Positions 39,201-51,200 of a stretch of 64,000 nucleotides of DNA are shown piece after piece. The translations under genes were made by a program, and so were the position numbers. The stretch lies in the IMG/VR virus record IMGVR_UViG_3300005805_000064, positions 21,268 to 85,267 of that record; one strand, given 5' to 3'. The first letter of the stretch is position 1, and each line of letters starts with the position of its first letter. This DNA comes from a virus. Its lineage: Duplodnaviria; Caudoviricetes. The notes beneath the pieces are model-generated. The model searched no databases. It was given only the letters and a program-made list of their open reading frames with translations, and was not told the DNA's origin.

Positions 39201-42200
39201 ACATAGAGAATGATTCTAATCCAAAGACTGACACAACATAATAAATCTTATTCTCTTCTATTCCACCGAAAACATCACCGGTGAATACTACTGGACAATT
39301 TAAATATAGTCCATTAGTACCCCCTGTGCCGATCGCATTCAACGGCACTGTAACAGTATTATTTGTTGCGTTAGTGCCGGTGATAGTTCTAATTCCGGGA
39401 TAAGATGTAGATATTCTAGCAGTATTGGTTACTTTAGCAGTAGAGCATTTCATATTTGATACGGTGCCGGATATTGCTAAAGGACTTCCTCCAGGAGTAG
39501 AACTTATACTGAAACTGGTTAAGTTTGCTACATTACTGACATAATAAGTATTACCAGCAGTTATACCTGTTACAGATTGTGTAAATTTCACAGGCATGTT
39601 GACGGTCATACCTACTGTAGAACCAGATGGATATTGATCACCTACACTGCTAACAAATGAAAGGTTGATATAATTATTTGATATGTTACCTACAGTTCTT
39701 TCTAATCCTGACCAATCTGATTGTACTTGATTATTTGTCACGGATACTACAGGAAACACAGTGCCGCCTGCACTAGACAAAATGTTATTAATATCAGGTT
39801 GTGTTGCAGCCAATGATAATGTGGAACTTGTGCTGTCTAGATAATATCCAACGAATTCACTTGCATAAAATGCATTCGGTGTCCATTCAGTGATTTGTGA
39901 ATTGTAACTAGTTCTATCAAACTTGATAGTGATGTTATTTTCTCTTACTGGACTGCTTGATGTTATGGCTAATGCTCTTGCTACTATTTCAAAAATCTGT
40001 GTGCCTGTTCCTTGATTTATAAATTGAATTCTGTTTTTGTCTTCTATAGCATTCAAATAAGTATCATATAAAGCAACTATAGTAGATGGTGTTGAATCCA
40101 ATACATTGATATAATAATATTGCTCATTAGCAAGACCGCCTATATTAGTAGTACCTTCTTTATATCTTACCATGTCTCCAGTCATAAATGTAGGAGCATC
40201 CAGATCGATAGTATGTAATAATATATTAACATTACCACTATCGAATTCAAAAGACTCTGCACTTTCAATTCTGATTTCTGGGGTTACTGCATAACCTTCA
40301 CCCGGATTAATTACTGTTATGCTAGAAACTTTGTCCAAGCTCATGGTGACTTCTAACTGAGCCTGTACTCTAGGTTCTGGATATATGCTAGTATCTATAT
40401 AGGCCAACGCTCTTGGAGGATTAGTATAATTTTTACCTGTGTCTAATACAATCACTGCCGGCAGATCCATGTATACATTAGTCTTAGGTAAATGTATCGA
40501 AATCTGCGTTTGATTGAATCCTCTAGTCAAACCGGTAAGTTCGCCGGTAGCTCTATTAACTCTTGCATAAGCGATTTGCTCATCGCCTATTTTTATAATA
40601 CCGTTGACTGGAAACCCTTGGGCATTGTCTACTACAATAGATGTGCTTACTAATGTGACATATGATAATAATTTACCCATCAAGTAATTTGGTTGTCCAG
40701 TTAAAGCCACACCATAATTATTATACCATTCTTTATAATTTTCTTTTTGCCATACGGGGCTATCAGGTAAGAATTCATAATCAGTGTCTTGATTATTATA
40801 CACCAATTGCGGGCTTACAAATTTATTGATAGTTACATCGTATTCAGATGGCACATCAAAATCAGTGATAGTGCCGGGATATATATCTTCACCGGTATAA
40901 TCAAATAAGAACTCTTTTATGACCACATGATATGGTTTAGTTTCATTGATGTACCCACTCAAGAACTCCTGATTGTCACTGATAAAGTTCTTTATTTCTT
41001 TAAGTTCACGAACTTTATGTGAAACATCTACTAATGATGTTTTGTTTAACCAAGGCAAATAATTTTGATTTTCAATTGTTTCTTCTTGGATATATTCAAA
41101 CATCAAAATCAAACTTTTATTTCTATGAATCAACAACTCACTAGTATAAATTTGTTCGTTTAATGCTCTTATGATCCAGCGGGTAGGCTGGCTCGGGAAC
41201 ACATCATAACTGTCTGTGTCATAGAATGTACCGCCGAATCCAAATCCACCTGAATCATAATCATACAACTCATCCTTGAATCGTATAGTACCATTCTCAA
41301 GACCTATTCTTTCCCATGTACCTAAACCATCATAGCGATATGTCTCGCTAACTCCTAGACCGTTCTTAGCGACTGTTACTATAGTACCTTGTACTGCATT
41401 TATAGTAGATAAATCTGCATACACTGGAACCTGCAACACCGAGCGAGTGTTGTCATCATAACCAGGTGCCCACCAGTTTATGTATTCCCAGAATTCTGCG
41501 GTATTGTAATATGTTCCGGATTCAAACAAGAAGTCAAATGATCGTATTTCTGCTATAGGATACAATCTCATTATAATATTTGCATACTGTAGATAGTTCT
41601 TTAATGCTGCGAATCTGTCATAAAAGAAACTCTGTCTTGGTCTTGCCAATACACCTGATTGCACTGCTTTAGGTAAGAACGGATCAGGTACAGAATTACC
41701 TGACTCATCAACTCCAGATAAACTATCTAAGAATCTGTCATATAATGATTCTGGTTGTGTGACACCAAATGATCCCGGGACGCCCGGTAAGAAGTCATCA
41801 GCAAAATCGCTTCTGATCAAATCAAACTGTTCATGCGCGGGGTTGTTTTCTTGTCCAGTAGTGAAGCCTACATGCAATACGCTGTCATTGGCATTGATGT
41901 ATGACTTGCAATTATACAGTGCGAACACATTAGTTGACAATGGCGCTAGATAACTGATACCTGAACCTTGTGGATTGCTGATATAGTTTGCGATATTGAT
42001 GTCTGCCAGGCTCTTATTAGGTGCTATGATACCTGTGTTTCTTGCCCAGAAATAATATACAGGTACTACCGTATTATTTGAATTCAAGGTTGTCTGTACT
42101 GTATAGGCTGCTACATTTTTAGGTATGCCGGGTCCCTGATATTCTACAGGAGGTACCGTGCTTGCTACCCATGTGCAAACTGCTATATCGCTACCCGGGA

Positions 42201-45200
42201 ATAATTGACCCCAGTATCTTGCATTGTATTCGTTATCATTCTGATGATAGTTCAAGAACCTTATATTTGCTGTGTCAAACCATATCTTACCAACTTGATC
42301 TGCACCCCAAACTAAGTTTGGTGTCAATGCGGTAGTATTATTGTAGCCTGCAGGGTCGATATCGCTAACATAATCTATGTTCTGTCTGACTGCTCCTAAT
42401 ATTTTTCCCTGCAATGGATCAATATAGTCTAGATTGATTAATGTGTTATTTGACTCCGCGCTAAAGATTTGCATATTTTCTACGCGGTTGATGTCTACTA
42501 CAGGATTAGATTGTCTGAATACACTCCAATTTTGTTCGCCTGTATCATTTATATAAGTAACTACCTGACCATCGATCACAGTAGGTCTAAATCCAGGAGC
42601 ACCTATAACGATTCTGTCTTCATTCCAATCTATAGCATATCCATAAGTTGGTTGTGCCCCGTATACTAAGTCCTTAGCATTGACGCTTTGACCATAAGTA
42701 TAATTACCTATATTATTCAATGACTCATTGTAGTTGCTCAAGTAATCAAATGTATATACTGCACCTGCATTATCAAATACATCAGCAAACTGTGTTGCAT
42801 TGTTATCGAAAATAGTATCGTTATCATTGATGTTGTCATCGACAAAATCGAATGTAGTGACTGTATATCTGTCACCTACTGGTGCGCTTATCGCTGCACT
42901 GTTGAATTCATTGAACTTGATAGTAGTACCGAACTGGCTCGCACCTACAGTATGTGGGCACTGTATGATCTGAGTCTGTGTGTATAGTTTCAATCCTAAT
43001 TGTGTTAACACTGCAGGGTTGTATGCCGATACTAATAACTCTTGATTTACATTAGCGAGATTCTGGTTTGCTAAAGTTAATACTAATTTACCATCTACCG
43101 CGCTTGCGACTATATTTGTGATTTTTGCTGCGTTGATTGCGGCTGCTACTATGTCTGCATCTCCGACCGGTACGGGCACCAAGAAACCATTGATCAATAT
43201 ATTCGACGGTGCTGTTACATTCACATCTTCAATACCGATTATTGTGCCAAATCTTGCACCACCGTAAGTATATCTGAACACTGCACCCTCCGCATTAGTT
43301 TCACTCAAGTAGAAAGGAGCACCTACTAAAATCTCTGTGCCAAAATTATTTGTGTCTAGGCTATAACCAAATTGAACACCGATTCTTGGTGTTTTCTCAT
43401 TAGTTAATGTCTGCACTAATACGAATTCATTACCACCTATAGTCAATATGTCTCCGTATGTAAATTCGCCGGTATATGTAAATGTAGTACCTGATACAGA
43501 GTATAATGAACTATTGACTAGTATCCCATTCTTAGTTACAGTCAAAGGTAGTGACGGGTTCGGAGCCCATATCAATGTGAATGTTGCAGGCGTGTCTTCG
43601 TCATATGCTTGATTGATTTCAATATTTTGTACTAATCTATCATAGATATAACTATTGCCGTAATTGGCTATTGAACCGCTATAATCGACATTAGGCGCGC
43701 CTACTACTAATGTAGTACCATAATAATTTGTGCTTATAGAATGTCCGAATTTATCAACTGTTGTTGAAGCACTATTAATAGTAGTCATATACTGGTAGTC
43801 ACAGCGTGTTGCTGTACCTGTACCATTGCCTAAACCGTTATTGGTTGCCTTAAAGTATATACCTACTTTATTTTCTACTGCCCCGATTAATGTAAAATCT
43901 GTTTCTTCGCCTTGGGCTACGCCTGTTTCCCCTGCAGTTCCAGTACCAGTTGCAGTAAATATAACTCCTACTGTGTTACTTGTTGCTCCCAACGATGTAA
44001 AATCAGTATCTCCTACAAATACTATAGTATAAGTTTCTCCAGGTACAAAACTTCCTGCTTTATAAGAAGTACTCAATGATGTAATTTGATAAATCGCTGG
44101 ATCAATAGTAGTCGGAATTATAAAATTGCCCGGTGTGGTTAATGTATTTCTTCTGCGGAAAGCGTGAACTTTGTTTCTAGCAGTTGGGGTTGCTTGATCG
44201 TAATCACTAATATATAACCAGTTTAGATCGCCTGACAATGCCAATGCACTACCGAAGTTAGTTGATCCGGTAGTTGCGGCGTGATCGCTAGCAAGTATCT
44301 CCTGATATAGTTGGGGATTATCAACTTCAGTGCTATCATTTAAAGTCCATATTTGTATGCTAGGTGTAGTCGTAGGCTGACTGATTACATATATGTTATC
44401 TTTATGCACTATCGTAGTGCCGAAACTTGCATCTCCGGTAATCGTAAAAGTGTTTTCAAATTCACCAGTTATAATATTAAGACTATATCGGTATACATTA
44501 CCCTCACCGCTATCTGCGAATAAGTATCCCATATGTGAATCATATGCGACTGCATTGCCAAAATTTACACTACTGGTTTGATAATACTGTGTACCATACA
44601 AGTAGTTAATACTCTTTAAGTATACTGCCCAACTACCATCATTGTTCGTATCTACCCAGACTTTATTTTTAACAAATTCAGTATTAATTAACGGTAATGA
44701 TTGTATGTCACCGGGCTGATCAACTCTCTGGGTACCGAACTTCAAGCCTATGCCTTGACCAGTCAACACCTTAGTTGAGCCGGGTAATGTCAATGTGATC
44801 AATATCTGTCTTGGATTGATGATAGTGTTTGCTACAAAATATCCATTCGCTGAGGAATCGAAATTAATGATAGCAAAAATGTCATATTGTGATAGGTTAT
44901 GTTCTTCTTTGAATGTTACTGTGCAAGTACCGTTGAGATTGCTGCGAACTTGAATAACTTGTCCAACGCTTGTAGGTGTTAACACCTGCCAATTTGATTG
45001 ATAATCTGCTAACCAAACATAATCGTTTACATACAAATTACCAAGAGGAACTACAATACCATTTTGATTAGTAGCCGTCGGTAAATTGCTATAAAAGTAT
45101 GCACTCATCTTGACATCATTGATGTTGACATATCCAGCATTAGGATATACTCTATCAGGGGTATCTGTCGCTAGTGTAGGTAGTATGTAAGGGGTATTGA

Positions 45201-48200
45201 TAGGCTTGCCGTAATTAAACAGACTATATAATGGCACTAATTGCTGTGCGTCAGGAACATCATTGCCGTTAGTTAATCCAATTATACCCGGGTTCCCTGT
45301 CAACTGATTTTCATTGAGTTTGAATTCAATGAAATTATCATTTAATGTTCCGCCGAATGTACCCTGTAATATAGCCCAGTTTTCATAGACATCATAATCT
45401 ATTCCACCTTGTGGTAGATTTGCGCCTTTAAACGCTTTTACAGAGTTAGAAGTTCCTTTTTCTTTAATCAAATTCTTATAAACATTTACTTGTGTAATAT
45501 CTGTCAAGTCCGCACTTGCCATATATTCTCTTGGTCTAAAACCGATCAAACTAAATGACAACAGATCAGCATCAGTCTCTAGGTTAGCCGAGTCTGAATT
45601 GTAATACAATGCACTTTCAAAACTGCGTGTGCTGCTATTAGGCAATAATCCTTTTTGTATCTCATCATAGTCAGTTACTTTCCACTGGTTCTGATTGAAT
45701 TTAGGATTTGGCTGAATGATCTCAAGTGCTGTGAAGAACTTGTTCTTATACTTGACGATGGCGCCCTTAGTGTATTTTATATCGCCGGACCATTCTTGGA
45801 TATTATCTTGATTGTAAATAAATCCGCTAGCAAATAATGTACCATTCCATTCGGCACTCTTAGTACCACGAACATATATACGACTCTGTTTTAGACCAGA
45901 TACAAGATTATAAATCACATCGTTGAACAGGGTCTCGTTTTGAAACACGATACCATGTTCAATATTGCTTAGATTAAACTGTCCGTAACCTATAGCATCA
46001 CCTTCATTTAATGGTTTAACTGTAAACTTGGTTGAGTTTCTATCTATCGCTAAATCTTTATTTTGTATTGGATATAAATTATTGTTCAATACAAAGTTTG
46101 TTTGATTATATGTCAGTGGTTGAACAATATAATTTTCTTTGTCTATAGTTAATTTTTTAGCAGAAGGATTTAATGTAATAACACTACCGGTCGCAAACCC
46201 TATTTGAGTCCAATACAAGAACTCTGCTACCATTTGATTCCAGTTGATGACTACATCTTGTATTTGATCGTCAAATACTGCTCCTCGACTTACAAGCCAT
46301 GCACCATAATCTATCAAGAACTGGCTAACATCACTGATCGTATAATAAGTTGTACCATATGGAACTAATATTTCAGTTTCATAATGATCAACTGCTACTT
46401 GCACAGATAGGTCTTGAACACTAATCTTGTCTTTAGGACCACTAATTATAGGACGCAATGTTCTAAAATAGGCACTATTTTGACTATTACCGAATACAGT
46501 GTACCCATTGACTGTCTTTTGTACTACTACGCCTGAATATACTAGTTTGAAACTAGGTTGATTTTCGTACAATAATACCTGATAACTTTCATCAGGAATC
46601 ATTAGGCTACTGTTATTTGAACCAGGTGTGCCCTTCTCGACAAAGAATTTTAATAGTGACTTGTCGCTGAATCCTGCTAATCTATGAACTAGTCGTACAT
46701 CTAGGTTGTTAACTAGTCTAGTGATTAAATCCGTTGCGTTTACGCCGAGTTGTTTTGTATAATCAACTATCCAATTAATGTAACTAGTTTTTGCAGTGCC
46801 GTTACCGTAGATTTGTATCTGATTTGGTATAAGATGTGTTCTACCATTAACTAAGAATTGATTAAACTCTACATTGTATTTGTAATTGTCAAGATCGACA
46901 CCTAGATTATAAAAATCCGCCGGCTTCAATAATGACTGTAATCTCATCAAGTCAAACGGATAAGTCGAACTTTTGCGATATGAGAACTCGACCGGAGCAT
47001 CGTCACCTACTATCCAGTCACGCTTGAATGTCAATTGATTATAGTTGGCAATCAATGTCTCTAGCGGTGCTTTTAGTTGACCTTGATCGTCCACTGGTAT
47101 GATGTTTAGCAATCCGGGTCTCTTATATAATGGTCTTACTACAGGTGTACCGTTATTATAATCGATACCGTCTTGTAAGTCAGTCCACAATATCAAGTTT
47201 TGATTTGTATACGGTGCTGGACCATAACGATCTTCCCACCAGTCTGGCTTATTAGCGTAGCCAATCATTGCCCATGGAGTCAAGTTTGGTGTAGAAGTAT
47301 CGTATACATATTGATAGATACCTCTCCAATTTCCCTGCATCACTATGCTATTATCAAGTTTTAGTGTGCTTTCTCTATAGTTGTAACTATACTCGTCAGT
47401 TGAGCGATATAGTTGAGTCTTATAATCTAATCTATTTTGTCCTACCCAATCTAAGAAATTTTTGCTGTATATTTCAGTATATTCAGCGTAACTTAATGCT
47501 GTGTCTCTAAAATATCCGGGCACCGTTAATGCTAGATCAATAGGTAATGATCTGCTTAATTTGATATTATTATAAACTCTTGTCTCATATTCAAGCAATG
47601 CCTGATCTCTGAAATCGACCGGCATGCCGAATACGGAACTATAATCTCCGTATAATTTGTTATATGAACCATCATGACCCTGAATAAAATAAGTAGGCTC
47701 TGTATATGTGTCATCTAACAATACTTTAGGAACATATAGTGGATATAGACCCAATTTAGACGGAGAGTTTGGTATATACGACCCGTATGTCTGGTTGTAT
47801 TCTTTGACTATGATCTTGTCGCCAGCATCTAAAAATACATTGACTCTAACGCTAGGACTATCGGTGCTGACTACATATTCAGTACCGCGCAACAGTTGCT
47901 TAGTGACCATAACCCCATTAATTTTTCGTTGTAGATAAACTAACACACCATCATAATTTGCGGTAGTAAAATCATAAATTTTACTTAGTGGGAACACACT
48001 AGTTTCTGCTTGGTTAGCAAAATTATAAGTATTCGACAAGAAAGGAGCCTTGCTTGGTATCATGTCCGACCAGAAGAAAGGTTGTTCTTCATTCTTGACA
48101 CTAGTGATAATATCTATCGCTTCATCTAATAGCGCAGCAGGATCAAATTTTTGTTGTGCGGCAATTTGATTAACTGTGTCGATTAATAAGTTTTTGAATT

Positions 48201-51200
48201 TAATATATTCTCTACTGTTAAACAATAGTGCATCTGATAAGTTATATTGAGGGTCGCGTAAAAATGCGCCCGGCAATACTAGGCTTGCACTATTCTGTAT
48301 AATAGCATTATTCCATGGTACAAGATTACCTAAATCTCGAAAATTATTCGCGCCGAAAACTTGTCCCACTGTGTCAGGATTATTTTGAAATATAGACTGA
48401 TATGCACCTCTAATATCACCTATATCTACAACTGTTGGATCAGTATTGAATGGATTATTAGAAAGATTTATCGGTACAGAATAATACGCTTTTTCACTTG
48501 TCTTATTACTTAATATCAAAACTTGTATAGGAGTATCAACATCTTTTGTTAGTTTTATTGTTATAGTGGTATCAGCATCAGTATTGATTACTGTGTAATC
48601 CGTGTTTAATTCAAGCAAAGTATTATTATTATATACTAACAAACTAGGCCATATTGTCTCTGAACGATCTACTTGCGGTACATCTAATATTACTGTATAA
48701 TCTATAGTTTCATCAGCATCAAGAACTATAGGAGTTATATTTGCTACATAATTAAATTCGAATACTTGATACTGACCGCTGTTTGCTACCGCAGTTTGCC
48801 AGCCTGTTAGTCTTGTATACTCTGTGCGTGAATTATAATCATACACGAAACCATTTTTTACATCGCTAGTGATAGAATTACCGTCACTGACATAATCAAA
48901 TTTTTGTGTGTTGAGAGATATTTCAAAACTTATGTCACCCACATTATTGATAGAACTATAACTTATAGGGAAACCTAAAACACTATCGTTTATTCCTACT
49001 CCCAATTTATAGTTGAATAACTTGCAACCATCAAATGTAGTTGAAGGGTATACTATACTATCACCGTAACTAATTCCATTTTCGTCAAACAAATCAAATC
49101 TAGGTGCCTGATTGACTGTAGTTTTTTGCTGTGCTTCAGAAAAATTGCTGACCGTACCGGAGTAGTATTCTCCGTTGAAGTATACGGATAGACCCTCAAA
49201 ATAAAATCCATTCTTGACGCTAAATTGATCATCTGCTAGTACCGGGCTATCTACTGCTTCAGTTAGAGTGATGGCAGGAAAATTTCCGGCGCCAGTGATA
49301 TTAAATTCAGCGACATAAATCTTGTTTCTAACATCTAAATTTGTGTCTTTAGCAAATACGATTCGTGCGCCAGGAAATAATTGTAGATCCGCGTTATCTT
49401 TCGGATTAGCGACAAAGGAAACATTTGTATTTGATGGTATGCTATCGCTAGGTATAGGCCAATACACTGTCATCTGGTAAGTAGGGTTAGTTGCGTTGAC
49501 TGACAATATTCTTGTGCCAGTAGGTAATACGCTGATACCGTTTGATAATGGGGGGTTGAATAGTTTTACATCGTTGATCCATAGCCCCTGAGTAAATGAT
49601 CCTTCAATAATATCGCTAGCAGGGATAGAAATAGTAGTGGTAGTTTTCTGAATTACTTCGCCGTTACCTTGTGTGGCTAGTCCGGTGCCGTATACAGTTA
49701 ATGTTGTACCTAAACTAGGATCCCATGTTGCTATAAATGTGCCACCTACAGCCGGAGTACCTGTTCCCCATGATCTTGTTCCTGATACACTAATATTGTT
49801 CCATAATGTATTACCTATATCCGCTATAGTATATTGATATCCTAACACAAATGTATTTTGAGTATATCCTTGTCCAGTAGCCTTGAATAAAATCTTGAAT
49901 GCGTCTCCATTACCTATAGTATCCCCGGTTGGTGCGCCGCAGGTGAATACTTCATTTTCTTGATATGGTGATGAGTTGGGTAGTGCGGATACTTCTACAT
50001 ATCTCTTAACTTTACCTGTTCCAGTGCCTGCTCCGGTTGCTTTAAATACTGCCCCGGGAGTAGGAAGACCAGTAAGACCTATAGAAGCCCAATTTGTATT
50101 TCCTGTGATAATGATTTGATACCAAATATCAGTTTGTATTTCATTAGCAAATATGTTGTTTGTGCCGGCTATCGCACTCCAATCTTCTTGAGATGTAGAG
50201 CCTAGGCTATTAATAATATATTCTGTTCCGGTAGCGAATTCGCCGTCCACGTCTAATTCTGCACCTAATTCTATCCAAGTATCTTTCTCTGTAGTACCTA
50301 AAGTTTCTATTTGATAATATTGATTTTCTAATATACCTGATAATCCTATAGGAGTAGCATTAGAATTTACTGTTCCGGTGTATTCCGTATATGTTTGTAC
50401 ATCAGGATAATATGTCTGTTGTCCTTCAACGAAATCGAATGCGTTCTCAGTCCTATTATCTAAGAAATCAATATTATCTTTGCCTATAATTCCACTGTTG
50501 AATAATTTAAGATTAGGATAAAATTCTATGATAGGTCTTTTTGCTTTATTTTCAGGTAAAGCAAAATTTGTTGCTATTTCAGGATTGTTGTTATAATCTG
50601 CTGTAGCATTGATGACATCGATATGGAACCAGCGATTGCTTCTTGACCAAGCATTCTTGTTGATACTATTTCTTGCTATAGTGATATAGTCTGGTGTTGT
50701 AGGAATATTCAAGCCTTCATCGTATGGACCTATATCATAATTCAATATATCATAAGGGCTAGCAGTTTTAGTAGTGAATGGTTCCGGCACATTTAAAGAT
50801 TCTACTGAAATGAGTTCTATACCTGTACCTACTCCTTCTACATAGTATTCGCCCTGTAGATAACTTCTAGGTATCACATCTCCGTCAAATTCTACTTTTA
50901 ATCCATTAGTAAACACTACCCCGTTCTTGCTTGTGTAATTTGTTTTACCTAATATATCGTTAGTTACATCTATAGTATTAGTTTCATTATTTTCAATTAG
51001 TTTAATAATTCCTACACGATTTTCATTAGTGCTATCTTGATAGTATAATGTATCTAGGGGTGCTGAAAGATAGGGAACCTGATCAATAGTGCCAGCAGTA
51101 GATTTGTAAAAATTCAATCCAGCATATTCATTGCCGTATAATGCAGTTATTTTTTGTTCGGTTGGTATCAAACCATCCGGTAATAACTGAGTTATGATTC